Shown: positions 23,056 to 36,330, counted from the whole stretch's first letter. The stretch: 63,523 bases of DNA, filler included, from Octopus bimaculoides (GCF_001194135.2; 9 parts of 9 records of this genome joined end to end with filler, not necessarily neighbours in it), one strand, 5' to 3'. Made by a program: numbers and translations. The notes: a model not told the origin generated them from the sequence alone.

Positions 23056-25816
23056 CACAAACAAATAGTATCAGCAGACAGGGTTATCTTGTCTTATACA
23101 GAAATCGGATAACTAAAAATCGAAAATTGTTCTATTTTATTTTCGTATATTATAAGAGTATTTCAGATATTGTCATTTATCGTCAGGAAATGTTCGTCAC
23201 TCTTGTCAGTTGTATGTTGTTGAAAGTTGGTGGGGAAAATGAGAAAAATTTTAAAGTGATTTTGATGAGTGTCAAATCAGCAAGAGATGTCACCAAAAGC
23301 GATCTTCGTTAAACAATGAGAATATGTAATGGTTTTTGGAACATACCAAAGATTTGAACATAGAGATAAATTCCGAATTCCGATAGTTTATAAACGTATA
23401 TTTGTACGCACACATAGATAAGCATATAAATACATACATAAATATACACATATGTAAATGTATAGGTATATGTGCATGTATGTGCGTCTATATGTGCACG
23501 CGTGTGTATATGTGCATATGTGTCTATATATGTATGTATATATGTATGTTTGTGTGTATATGTATGTATATATGTATGCATAAAATTTCAAGATCGTCCA
23601 AGATATACTCTACTTTAATAATTTTGTTATTTACCTGAAAATATTCAATAATGCAGAACTGCCATAGCTCTGTATTGTTTTCATTCAATATCTCTCGACC
23701 AATCAGTCTTTCTAACAATAAGACTTTCGTGTAATATCATTTCAAATCGTTTCTACGAACATATTTTCCTAAACACAAGTGGCTGTAATATCGCGTCTCT
23801 TTTCATGTTTTACGATCATGTTATCGTCGCCTATGTATACGCATAGACGCACATATCTATGTATATATATGTATATATATATATATATATATATNNNNNN
23901 NNNNNNNNNNNNNNNNNNNNNNNNNNNNNNNNNNNNNNNNNNNNNNNNNNNNNNNNNNNNNNNNNNNNNNNNNNNNNNNNNNNNNNNNNNNNNNNNNNNN
24001 NNNNNNNNNNNNNNNNNNNNNNNNNNNNNNNNNNNNNNNNNNNNNNNNNNNNNNNNNNNNNNNNNNNNNNNNNNNNNNNNNNNNNNNNNNNNNNNNNNNN
24101 NNNNNNNNNNNNNNNNNNNNNNNNNNNNNNNNNNNNNNNNNNNNTGTGTGTGTGTGTGTGTATATATATTATTTGCGCACACACGAACACATTCGTATAT
24201 ATACGTATGTGTGCGTGCGTACAGAATGCGCTAACATCACTGTGAAAATGATAAAAAAAGACGATATATTAAAGGCAGTGTTTAGGAAATTTGCAGATAA
24301 GGCTTTCGAAGAAAAGATTCGAAAAAAATAATATGGCTTGTAAGACATGTTGTGTATGAAACTGATTGGTCGAAAGACATTGAGCCAAAACCTAACACAG
24401 AGCTATGATAATCCTCTGTTATAGGATATTATCAGTTAGGTAGCAAAAATATAGAAGCAGAGTGTGTCTTGGACAATCTTGAAATTTTATAGATTGGAGC
24501 CATTGTTCCAAAATCTATGCAAGATGTTAACATAATTTTGTATCTCTTTGCCATAAATGAACACATATACTCTCACGGATACACATATGCATTCTCATTC
24601 CTACACACACACATCCTCAAACATACATACACAAACACTCACATATATATGTGTGTGTATGTGTGTTTGTGTATGTGTGTTTGTGTATGTGTGTTTGTGT
24701 ATGTGTATGTGTGTTTATTGTGTCTGTGCATCATATATGTGTATGTGTATGTGTAACTAAAGTATTTATGTCTATGTGTATGTATGTAAACATGCGTGTA
24801 CCGTTCGTAAACCATGCATTACCTCTGCGTCAAAGACCAATATGATTATTCGATAAAGATCTATAAAACAATAACCATACCAAAACAGATAACGGAACGC
24901 TATGCTTGACTCAATGCCTTAAAAGTTTGCCTCCGTATGGCCATAATCTAATACCTGACGCAACTAAAATAGTTATTTCAATTCAATTCATTTTACTAGA
25001 TTAGACACTCAATCCTCCACTTGCATTGTTTTTCCTGAAGATATAATTATGATGATATCGTCCATCCATCCTGGTTGATAATATAAGAATCAGTTGATAA
25101 ATTTCAGGCTAGGACCGAGCTTTAAACGACTATATCTTTTAAGCAATACCCCATCATAGCTGCTGTTCAATAACTAAAACTAAAACAACAAAATTAAGCC
25201 GAGAGCTGCTTAGATCTCGGTGAACTGAGTCAGTGCCTTATTTTCCAGTCCCAGTTGCAACTATTTCCTTTTAAATCCATTGTTAACCTCTCTTGAGAAA
25301 GAAATGAATAACACATTGGCACGCTTGGCCTCCATTATGAAATCCTAACCCAATGAGCTTATGCAAGAAATCAATACTCCCCATTGATACATCGAAAAAT
25401 AAGTATTATATCTGTGAAGCAGTAAACACAGCATCATAAAAGGCGAATAATTAAATCAGAGATAATTGCAGGCTATTAAAATCCGATTGACTTTAGATTT
25501 ATTTCCAATTATTAGTATTTAAATCTGTATTAAGGAACACAGTGAAGCGGTGGTCGGTAATATTAAGCTGTTTATTCACATTAATATTTACTCCGAGCAG
25601 TCTTTCAAATTGTCTCTTTCAATTAATATGCATATTGTAATATAGTGCAATAATAAAACTTTTGTGTAAGCACCGTGCTATGCTACCAGACATATAATAT
25701 CTTGGGTATTCAGGTGTAAATATTAATTCACCCCTTTAAATAACATATAAAAGCAATTACATTTACGCACACACAGACACAGAGACAGGCACATGTGCCA
25801 ACACTGACACATGCAC

Positions 25817-25860
<44 letters not shown>

Positions 25861-26223
25861 NNNNNNNNNNNNNNNNNNNNNNNNNNNNNNNNNNNNNNNN
25901 NNNNNNNNNNNNNNNNNNNNNNNNNNNNNNNNNNNNNNNNNNNNNNNNNNNNNNNNNNNNNNNNNNNNNNNATATATATATATATATATATACATAGAAG
26001 ACACATATGTTCACGCACATACACAGAGGCGTATTCAGAGTGAATGTTTATGAGAAGACTTTAAAAAAAACACTGGGTAACAAAAACCGACCGAGGAAAC
26101 AAAGTAACCGTTTTAGTGTTAAAGTATATTATTCACACGGAATGCAAGATGATTGTGACTTCGAAGTATTTCGGCAGCGTAGACAGACAGACACACGCGC
26201 ACACACAGAACGCAGACAGACAC

Positions 26224-26224
<1 letters not shown>

Positions 26225-26294
<70 letters not shown>
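26225..26294. repeat. (GATA)n microsatellite
   Basis: Directly visible. Confidence 0.97.
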
Positions 26295-26296
<2 letters not shown>

Positions 26297-27287
26297 CAGA
26301 GAGAGCGAGAGAGAGAGACAGATAAATAGACTTAAAGACACGTAGATTAACAAGTAGCATTACTATGTAAATATTAATAAACATTATATGTTTGAAAACA
26401 AGAGTTTAAGATGAGAGATAGATGCTATAAATGACTGTACTTCCGACGGCCGATTTATTATTTTATTTTTTGGGGATACCAAATGCTTCCAAAAGATTTT
26501 TATTTATTTATTTCTTTGAGTATTTTACGAATGCATAAGGTTTGCAATATAGCCACATCTGTTGGGTTATTTTATTATTTTTTTTTTGTATGTGCTGAAT
26601 TAAGACAGACTAGAATCTTGTGTTACATTTAGGGGAAAGAAATCTAGCTCAGACTTAGTTGATAATGTAGTCCTACATAGCAGTAGAAAGGTGATCATGA
26701 ATAGAATGCTTATAATTTCAGACCCAATTGATTGGTGTTGATCTTGGCCTAAACAGCAAGAATATACAGGGCCTATTGCAACTGAGCAATTCTCATAGCA
26801 GTGTTACTCGTATAACGCATAATTAGCAATGCATTAAAATGTTTAGCTTTATTTTTTACGCCTAACGAATAATTCTGACGAACTGCAACAGATTGTATAC
26901 GACACTCGCAGTCGATCTAATCTGTAATATTGAGCTTAAGAACGATATTACAGGTGCTTTCGGTACTTATGGAGCCATGATCAGATATATACGTTCTCTT
27001 GACCCCCCNNNNNNNNNNCCGTTTGACTCTGTTGCAGATCCAGGTTTTGGTAGATGTCGAAAGGAGATAGAGCTCCAAATGTTAACGGCTGATGCTCACC
27101 TTCAGCTGAGGAAACAGGAGCAACGTGAAATGGTGTGTCTTCCTGAAGGAAACAATACGCTCTTTGGTTCAGAAGTTAAACCGACGGTACTATGATAGCG
27201 AAACGAACACCGTAACCACGTACCTTCGCAATATTAATTACATATCAAGAAATTTACTCAAAGACTGGCATATGAAAATACACACAT

Positions 27288-27485
27288 ATATTATGGGAGC
27301 TGAAGCGTTCCTGCCTTTGGGTAAAAGAAAATACAGGAGGATTTGTTAATTATGATTTTATTCAACATATTCCTCTCTCAGATTCATGCACATATTGCAA
27401 CGGTCCTTGGGTTTATCTAAGCCCTATAGAAAAAGTTAGAAGGCCCTTTGTGAGACCCTTAAAACCAGAAACATTCACCACCCTC

Positions 27486-27491
<6 letters not shown>
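27288..27491. mobile_element. Mariner-type MITE, copy 1 (diverged)
   Basis: Shares TTTGGGTAAAAGAAAATACAGGAGG...GTTAATTATGATTTTATTCAACATATTC with 60566-60785. Decayed TIRs. Confidence 0.75.
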
Positions 27492-27519
<28 letters not shown>

Positions 27520-28528
27520 NNNNNNNNNNNNNNNNNNNNNNNNNNNNNNNNNNNNNNNNNNNNNNNNNNNNNNNNNNNNNNNNNNNNNNNNNNNNNNNNN
27601 NNNNNNNNNNNNNNNNNNNNNNNNNNNNNNNNNNNNNNNNNNNNNNNNNNNNNNNNNNNNNNNNNNNNNNNNNNNNNNNNNNNNNNNNNNNNNNNNNNNN
27701 NNNNNNNNNNNNNNNNNNNNNNNNNNNNNNNNNNNNNNNNNNNNNNNNNNNNNNNCTGTTGAAATGAAATTTCAGTAAATTTCGATATCTTTGTACAGCT
27801 GAGAATTGCTCTGCATTTTACATTTGATGTTATGTTCACATTGCTTAAATAAATGGAGTCACATGAAACGATCGTACTGCATTAACTTTGGATATCCTTG
27901 TTGCTTATTTTGATTTTAATCACCTTATTTGGAATTGTATGGATAATACCATACTTAATTCTGGTGCCTAAACTTAAGTACCATATTCACCTCGAATGTA
28001 ATTTATATATATATACATATATACATACATTCTTTCATACATTCTTTCATACATACATACATACATACATACATACATACATACATACATACATACAAGC
28101 ACAGAATCATATGTTTATTGTATAATACATTTGATATGCAAATGTTCATAACCCGGTCGGTTTCACTCAACATTCGTTTGATTATTTAGCTTGTCCAGCA
28201 GAGAATCCTTTTGGCTGTAAGACATGTGAACTTGTCTAAATTACTAACTTGACAATAGTTGTGCAGCTTAATACGATGAGTCAGTTGATATCGGATTTGT
28301 AAGCGAAAAATAGATTAGATTTTGTATAATTTTTGTCGAAATCCATTACTGCAATCTGATGGGTAAGATGAATATACTTTACTCGAATTTACGTGAATAT
28401 TGTAGTTGGCATAAACAACCCGAACAGAGACAAAGTATCAGGACACAGCAGTAAATCAAGAATGCTGGGATGTCTATTGTGAATGTTTGATGACTGCTAG
28501 TATTTATTAAAATTTTCTATAATACACC

Positions 28529-28619
28529 ATAGGCGCAGGAGTGGCTGTGTGGTAAGTAGCTTGCTTACTAACCACATGGTTCCTGGTTCAGTCCCACTGA
28601 GTGGCACCTTGAGCAAGTA
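28529..28619 (+). mobile_element. Family-B SINE 5' head (truncated)
   Basis: GCAGGAGTGGCTGTGTGGTAAGTAGCTTGCTTAC...GGTTCAGTCCCACT...GGCACCTTGAGCAAGT. Confidence 0.85.
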
Positions 28620-28623
28620 CAAG

Positions 28624-28718
28624 TTATTATTATTATTATTATTATTCAGGTCAACGCTTGGAATCGAACTCGGAATCTTGGGGTTAGTAGCCCGCGCTCT
28701 TAACCACTACACCATGTG
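28624..28718 (-). mobile_element. Short tRNA-derived element with (AAT)n tract
   Basis: The minus strand reads CATGGTGTAGTGGTTAAGAGCGCGGGCTACTAACCCCAAGATTCCGAGTTCGATTCCAAGCGTTGACCTG(AAT)n, with A- and B-box-like motifs. Confidence 0.8.
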
Positions 28719-28728
28719 CTCACGGATA

Positions 28729-28882
28729 TATGACGTAGTGGTTAAGATTCGAAGCAGTGACATGAATAATGATAATAATAATAATAACAATAATAATACG
28801 TTAGGAATGAGAGCCCAGGCTCGAAATTTGCCCAAGACACCTGTTAAAGGCTGGAGGGTATATCAGCCGAAACATTGTTTTG
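28729..28882 (+). mobile_element. Internally deleted tRNA head + (AAT)n + hammerhead-containing unit
   Basis: GACGTAGTGGTTAAGA..GCAGTGACATG(AAT)n then ...GACAC-CTGTTAA-A-GGCTG-gagggtatat-CAGCC-GAAAC-ATT-GTTTT. Confidence 0.6.
28836..28881 (+). ncRNA. Decayed minimal hammerhead ribozyme motif
   Basis: Perfect 5-bp stem II (GGCTG/CAGCC) followed by GAAAC. The CUGANGA box reads CTGTTAA (2 substitutions), and the expected GTT triplet reads ATT (CpG-type decay). Confidence 0.55.
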
Positions 28883-28975
28883 TTTGCTGCCCTAACCACT
28901 GGGCCATTGCACCTCCACAAGAAGTTATAGCAAAATAGTAAATATTATTAAGAATTAATACTAAAAATGACACAA

Positions 28976-29175
28976 AGATGGCGAGCAGGCAGAATTGATA
29001 GTACGACAGGCGAAATGCTTACCGGCATTTCGTTTGGCTTTACGTTCTAAGTTCAAATTCCGCCGATCGCGACTTTGCTTTTCATCCTTTCGGGTCTGAT
29101 AAAATAAGTACCAGTTGGTCGATGTAATCAACTTACACCCTCCTTCGAACTTACTGGCCTTGTGCCAAAAATATT
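28976..29175 (+). mobile_element. Family-A SINE
   Basis: ATGGCGAGCAGGCAGAA...GTTCAAATTCCGCCG...TTTCATCCTTTCGGG...ATAAAATAAGTACCAG. Confidence 0.85.
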
Positions 29176-30029
29176 TCGAGTACAAAATATATTTCCTTGA
29201 AGAATTATTTCAATCATTTTGCTTCATTTCAGCCATTTTAAAAATATAGACATTCACTCGAATCAATCTGATATATCACTCCCGGCAACTTTTCAGAGAT
29301 TTTTCATTCAGCTCTAGTACTGAGAATCTAGACTATTTATTCTATTTATTCTATTCTATCTTATTTTCTTAGTTTGCTACACTTACGATAAATTGTAATC
29401 ACCAATACAACATCTAAATTGAATCTCAAGATGGCAGATAATGATAATACGCTTACACCACTGTTATACTCTCCAGAAGCAAAACAAAATTATTTACTTT
29501 CCATGCTTTCTTTCATTAGAAAATATACAATCTCGTAATGTGTCATTTCGTTTACTACAATAATAATCAAATTGTACCTTAACTAATTTTTATAAATATC
29601 TAAACAGTGATTAATATTTATCAAGCACTCAGAAATGGCAGCAAATATTTTACATTTAACTTTGCGTCTTGACATTTCGAAACCACTTGTTAGTTAATGT
29701 CAACTACAGTATCTTCATAAATGTACAATTATTTAGATTAAAATAAATGTGTTTCACACCTAAGGCTACAATAATGAACATAGACATAAAACGATATGAA
29801 TCTTACTTCTTGATTTCCCATCAACATGGTCGATCTAGACAACCATGTGACAATAGTCAAGCTTAATTTGGTTGTGTTTATATATTGCGAGAACTAGAGT
29901 ATTCCAACGTTTAGGGAGACAAATATTTCTCAGATGACATATTTGGCACAACATATGATAGAAGCTTTTTCGTATATTTCATTTTTTACTTACACAAGTC
30001 TACGCTGGATCACTGTTTACCATTTCTTT

Positions 30030-30440
30030 AAATTTTGTTTCAGTCATTGAATTGCGGCCATGCTGGGGCACAGCTTTGAAAGGTTTTGTCTAACAAATCG
30101 ATCCCAGCAGTTTTGTTTGAAGTAGTGCTTATTCTACTTGTTCTGCTTATTCTTTCGTTCTCTTTTACCGAATTGCTATTACGTACCGGGACGTAAACAA
30201 ACCATGAGCGGATGTCAAGCAGTAGGGAGTACAAACACAAATACAAAGATACACACATACAAGCGAACACACGCATACATACATACACACATATGTGTGT
30301 AAGGCAGGCTTCTGCACAGTGTCCTACTAAAATATTCATTCACAAAGTACGAGTCCGCCAGGTGCTATAGTAGAAGACTCTTGCCCAAGTGCCGCACAGC
30401 GGAACTGAAATCCCATGAACACAAAGCAAGTTTCATAATC
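30030..30440 (-). mobile_element. Family-B SINE (diverged)
   Basis: GCGGCCATGCTGGGGCAC..., CTTGCCCAAGTGCCGCACAGCGGAACTGAA head. Confidence 0.8.
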
Positions 30441-30901
30441 GCACAACCAAGCCCGCATCTTTCCTTCATTTTCTTCTTTCTGATCAATATATCGATTAGT
30501 ATTGATAGTCGTACCAATACAATAATCCAGGTTGAAATGGCTTCAATTTCTTTAAGGCTCTTAATAAGCAAAGTCTTGAACTTTACGACATTTCAACAAA
30601 TTCACATTATATATGTATGAGTCTAGGTAAGCAATAGAAGGCGGCACTGAGCAGATTAGTTGTTTTACCTTAAGCGAACATTTTTGCCACAGTAAACAGC
30701 ACTGAAATTGCCTTAACAAGTTCAAATTTGCCACAAATATATAACCTGAAGTTTGTTTTCTTCTCATCACCTTTTAGTGCTCCTACTGTGTGTGTGCATG
30801 TATGTGTGAGTGTATGTGTGTGTGTCTTCATTCATACAAACATATGTATATACACACACACATACACAAAAATACATTTATGTATACATACATATTTATA
30901 A

Positions 30902-30980
<79 letters not shown>

Positions 30981-32053
30981 AGTGTCTCTCTGTCTCTGTT
31001 TGTGTGTGTGTGTGTTTGTGTGTGTGTATGTGTGTGTGTGTTTGTGTGCGTGTTTGTGTGTGTATGTGTGTATGTTTGTGTGTATGTTGTGGTATTCCTT
31101 GAACAGTCCATTATTTATTGATGGATTAAATACCCACCATCACATTTCTAAGCCGATGTATTTGTGTAGCCATGTGGTTTAGGTATTTCTACATGGGAAG
31201 TCAGATATTTAAGTATATTGCAGCAATATTAACGTAGATATTTGGCTCCTATATTTTAGCAAGGAAGCTTTGCTACAGAAGCATCAATTTATAAATTCGT
31301 GTCTATTTCTCTAGTTTCAGGATAAGAGATTACATTGATGTATTGCATTGCTGTTTTCTTTCACAAAATTATGAAGTTAGGTAATGAAAAACAAAACATA
31401 AAGAAAAAAAACAACGGAAAAATATTATATTTTATTATGTATTTCTCAAAATATAAAAAGAGAAGAAATAAAAGTTGTACTTATAGATTATATAGAAAAC
31501 GAATGAAGAAAACTCAAATCGAATCAAATAATTGTAGAGGAACAGTTTCATACGCATGCGTTGATGGAGACATACAAAAACACAAGAGCACACACCGTTN
31601 NNNNNNNNNNNNNNNNNNNNNNNNNNNNNNNNNNNNNNNNNNNNNNNNNNNNNNNNNNNNNNNNNNNNNNNNNNNNNNNNNNNNNNNNNNNNNNNNNNNN
31701 NNNNNNNNNNNNNNNNNNNNNNNNNNNNNNNNNNNNNNNNNNNNNNNNNNNNNNNNNNNNNNNNNNNNNNNNNNNNNNNNNNNNNNNNNNNNNNNNNNNN
31801 NNNNNNNNNNNNNNNNNNNNNNNNNNNNNNNNNNNNNNNNNNNNNNNNNNNNNNNNNNNNNNNNNNNNNNNNNNNNNNNNNNNNNNNNNNNNNNNNNNNN
31901 NNNNNNNNNNNNNNNNNNNNNNNNNNNNNNNNNNNNNNNNNNNNNNNNNNNNNNNNNNNNNNNNNNNNNNNNNNNNNNNNNNNNNNNNNNNNNNNNNNNN
32001 NNNNNNNNNNNNNNNNNNNNNNNNNNNNNNNNNNNNNNNNNNNNNNNNNNNNN

Positions 32054-32090
<37 letters not shown>

Positions 32091-33025
32091 TATATAAATA
32101 TATATATGTGTACACAGATATACACGTATATGTGTATGTATGTAATATATATGTATATATATGTCTAGAGATAAGTATGTATGCATGTATAGAAATATGT
32201 AACATGTATGTGTGTATATATGTATTATCTACGCATTTATATATATATATATATATGTGTGTTTGTGTGTATATGAGTGTGTATGTATGTATGTATGTAT
32301 GTATGTGTGTGTATACTTACATGTATATACTTACATGTGTATCTGCTGTTACAAGATACATACACAGTCTCATATTCAGAAAGATAGATATATATAGAGA
32401 GATACATTGGTAAATAGACAAATAGGGATATACTTGTGTTTTCCAAATATAGATGTTGGCTTTTGTTTGTAGTTTGTGTTGGAAGTTTGTGCTAAAGTGA
32501 GAATTGGAATATACAGGATTATCTTGAAACACTGTTTGTTATTGATATTTTATTTCTCTTCTTGCAGTTATAGAAACCTGGAATATGATAAATAGAGAAA
32601 CATGGAACATTCCGACATTTCCCAGTTTTTTATCTTTAATTGTTTTTGTCCTGCTGAGAAGGAAATGAAAAAGTGATATATATTAAATATATTGTGGTAT
32701 ATGAAGACTATTCGCTATGTGATGGTCTCTATTTAATAAGTTGCGATTTCTTTCGTGCTTCAGACAATCAAACACGAAAAAGAAACGGCCATAGGTTAAC
32801 GCAAACGCATAACGTATCCACTTTCTATATATGTATGTAGATAGATAGATAGATGGATAGATAGATAGATAGATAGATACGGCCATTTATACACACATAT
32901 AAGTAATGTTTATCGCTACCTAAGCTTGTGTGTTCTTTATGAATAAACGATACTGCTATTTTAACCCCCAGGAGAACGCCTTCTCTCGCTGGTTACTCAG
33001 TGCGATTCTTACCAGATATATGTTG

Positions 33026-33395
33026 TTTTGGGGGAGGTGGGGCTGTCGATTATATCGACACCAGTGTGTAACTGGTACTCAATTTATCGACCCCGAAAGG
33101 ATGAAAGGCAAAGTCGACCTCGGCGGAATTAGAACTCAGAACATTAAGACAGACGAAATACCGCTAAGCATTCCGTCCAGCGTGCTAACGTTTCTTAAGA
33201 GGCTAAACAAGGACAGAGAAAGGGATTGAGTCGGTTACATCGATCCCAGTGCGTAACTGGTACTTACTTTATCGATCCCGAAAGGATGAAAGGCAAAGTC
33301 GACCTCGGTGGAATTTGAACTCAGAATGTAAAGACAGACGAAGTACCGCTAAGCATTTCGTCCGGCGTGCTAACGATTCTGCCAGTTCGCCGCCT
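33026..33395 (-). mobile_element. Two tandem family-A SINE copies (~33026-33195 and ~33196-33395)
   Basis: CCCGAAAGGATGAAAGGCAAAGTCGACCTCGG...GAACTCAGAA...CCGCTAAGCATT...GGCGTGCTAACG occurs twice in succession. Confidence 0.9.
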
Positions 33396-34580
33396 TCTCT
33401 CGATATGTATTTCAACAATCCCAATTATCTAAGCTCAAAAGCCACCATATCACGTAATTTCGACCTTATTTGATCATCTTCAGTTACAGATAGTGCTCTG
33501 CTAGTTATAGCGATTGTCTAACCCAGCTCGCCATATATAGAAAGACAGTGTCGCACTGACGTTGATATTGCAACTGGCAATCTAGTTCGTTAAGAAAATC
33601 TCTGTTAGAGATGAAATCAATATTTATACTGAGAAGTAATGACTATCGCTAATTAAACGTGGATATTCTATAAGAACAGTTGATACAATTATTTTAACCC
33701 CAGGAGGACGTCTTCCCCGGCTGGTCATTCAGTGCGCTTCGCACGCGATATATATTGCAAGCGGGGAGAGAACTCCCTACTATTTTAGCACGGAGATCAC
33801 TATATCAGGAGAGTTTGATCTTATATATAAATATACATACACAACATATACGTATACCATTCCACAATCATAGTTTTTTACATGTATTTGTTGTGCCCCC
33901 TGGAAATAGCCGTCAAATATCTCTCAAAATGCGACTTAACCTCTTTATACAGGGAGATAATAATCGAAGAGTCTTACATTGAACTCCTAGACAAGATTGT
34001 CTTAGTGTTTTATTTTCGTTTTTTTTTTTTTCTCACAGCTAGAGTGCCTTTCACCTACACCTGCTCGATGAGTATTGATCTGGAGTCAAGGAAACAAACG
34101 GACATAGCATTAGTAAAAGCCAGATTACCCGCAGCTTATAACTTGCCATTTTCAAGAGAGGGAGGACGCACTCGACAATTTCATCCCTGTTGCACTCTCT
34201 GGAAATGGAAGTGAGATGTCATGGCGGGAACATCTATATATATGCACATATATATATATATGTATGTATACATGCATGTATGTGCATATCTCTGTTTTGC
34301 TCTGTATATATATATATATATATATATATGGTGAGGGTGATAAATTGAATATTAATTTAATTAATATCAATTTAAAACCAGTGGCCTAACATATAAAAAA
34401 ATCTAAAAATTCAGAAAAAATTGTATTACATGCGTATAAGAATGGATGACCACTAAGTGGACATCTGATATGCTAGAAAGNNNNNNNNNNNNNNNNNNNN
34501 NNNNNNNNNNNNNNNNNNNNNNNNTTAATTAATTAANNNNNNNNNNNNNNNNNNNNNNNNNNNNNNNNNNNNNNNNNNNN

Positions 34581-34642
<62 letters not shown>

Positions 34643-34651
34643 TGCGTGTGT

Positions 34652-35046
34652 GCAGGAGTGGCTGTGTGATAAGTAGCTTGCTTCCCAACCACATGGCCCC
34701 GGGTTCAGTCCCATTGCATGGCACCTTGGGCAAGTGTCTTCTACTATAGCCTCGTGAGTGGATTTGGTAGACGGAAAGAAGCCCATCGTTTATATATGTA
34801 TAAAAATATATATCTGCATGTGAGTGCGTTTGTTTGTGTGCGTGAATATGTTTGTGTCTGTGTTTGTCTCCCAACATCACTTGACAACCGATGCTGGTGT
34901 GTTTGCGTCTCCGTACATTAGCGGTTCGGCTAAAGAGACCGATAGAATAAGTACTAGTCTTACAAGGAATAAGTCCTGGGGTCGATTTGTTCGACTAAAT
35001 GCGGTGCTCCAGCATGACCGCAGTCAAATGACTGAAACAAGTAAAA

Positions 35047-35049
<3 letters not shown>
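34652..35049 (+). mobile_element. Family-B SINE, full length
   Basis: tRNA head (TGGCTGTGTG..., GGGTTCAGTCCC), CCTTGGGCAAGTGTCTTCTACTATAGCC, internal microsatellite, 3' GCTCCAGCATGACCGCAGTCAAATGACTGAAACAAGTAAAAGA. Confidence 0.93.
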
Positions 35050-35081
<32 letters not shown>

Positions 35082-35479
35082 TCGGCATCCTCAGCGACTT
35101 GTGGTGGTTTGTGTTACCATTAATTAGTTCTTCCGCCCCCTACACACAGCTAAGCATTCTCTCGTCATATGTGTCTGAAAGGAAGTAAATTTTATTCGAA
35201 TTTCTGAAAGCGGGAAACAAAAGTCGCAGGTGAAGAATAGAATTATAAAATAACACGAAACACTATGATGAAAATATTTTTCATGTTAACATAAATAAAA
35301 TTGAAAGAGATTGAAATAAAATGAGGGGGAAAACATCCAACGAATTTGTCTGATAACTCAATAGAAAGTTAAACTGATTTCTGTCATGAACTTCACACCA
35401 ATCAGGCGATGTTGAAGGCAGTGGTGGCTCGCGTATAGGCACTGCGGAACTGCAACACCCCCTATTTTCATTTGATATT

Positions 35480-36330
35480 ATCGATAAATCCTTTCAACAT
35501 GGCCTCTGGTCAATAAACCTGTATTTCTCGGTCAGTTTGAACACTGAAATTCCAAAGGATGGTAACCTCGGCATCCTGGGCCGCTTGTGATGGTTTGTGT
35601 TGTCATTAATTCTCATTGTGAGGGATGCTGTATGTGCCGTACAGTGACTAGTGTTTGTACTGAGCTGTCCTGTCACGCCTTTGCAAATACTCTGTGGGTG
35701 CCAGTCGGCTGCATCCTGAGGTTATGAGGTCGATTGTCTCTCGATGTTCTCCGAATACGCCGTGCGATGGACTTCTTTCATGATTCTGAATACCATTCTG
35801 GTGATTCCTAGCTGAAAGGCCACTAACAAACAGATGTTTATGTCCGGAGGCACGTCGACTATCTTTATTTTTACTACCCTANNNNNNNNNNNNNNNNNNN
35901 NNNNNNNNNNNNNNNNNNNNNNNNNNNNNNNNNNNNNNNNNNNNNNNNNNNNNNNNNNNNNNNNNNNNNNNNNNNNNNNNNNNNTCCGTCCTCGTAAGAA
36001 CGGTTTTCGTATTGTTTTGAAACTTCCTCCAACGATAAAATAAGTTCTTCTATTTGGCGGGCCTCTTCCACGAACCCGTCGATGCTGGATTTGAAAGCTG
36101 ACCTGTTTTCGGTTGGCATCAATGGTGTCGGTGTCGGCGGAAGTGGAATAAGCGAAAAGGACGATTTGATCTTTGTTTTCCTGTTCTTCGTTTCCATTTC
36201 CTTTGTTGTTGCTGTTGTAGTTGTTTCGGTCGGTATTGGTGCCGGAGATGTTGGTGCTTGGTTTTAAAGGTCGGAAGCCAACCCCAAACAGCCCTTCCAA
36301 TCAGTGGTCTCACTCCACGTGACAATTTGC
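35480..36330 (-). mobile_element. Possible Tx1/L1-like LINE derivative (ORF1-like remnant)
   Basis: Thr/Pro-rich ORF (…PLPPTPTPLMPTE…EEVSKQYENRSY) and KIKIVDVPPDIN. GCCGAGGTTACCAT resembles the motif CCCGAGGTTACCAT in the 3' UTR of the Tx1-like element at ~41218. Confidence 0.4.

Noticed and set aside
24146-24331. Protein-like stretch ECANITVKMIKKDDILKAVFRKFADKAFEEKIRKK*
   Set aside because: The acceptor context is poor (microsatellite) and no family is recognisable, so it cannot be supported.
27038-27160. Exon-like TTGCAG|ATCCAGG...ATG|GTGTGT segment
   Set aside because: CAGCTGAG...GAGCAACGTGAAATG..GTGTCTT is a decayed family-C SINE fragment.
28190-28230. Cys-rich peptide ACPAENPFGCKTCELV
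   Set aside because: It is too short, hits a stop immediately, and has no partner exons.
28647-28718. Functional tRNA gene
   Set aside because: It lacks a proper acceptor stem and runs into an (AAT)n tract, so it is treated as a SINE head. The same applies to all other tRNA-like heads.
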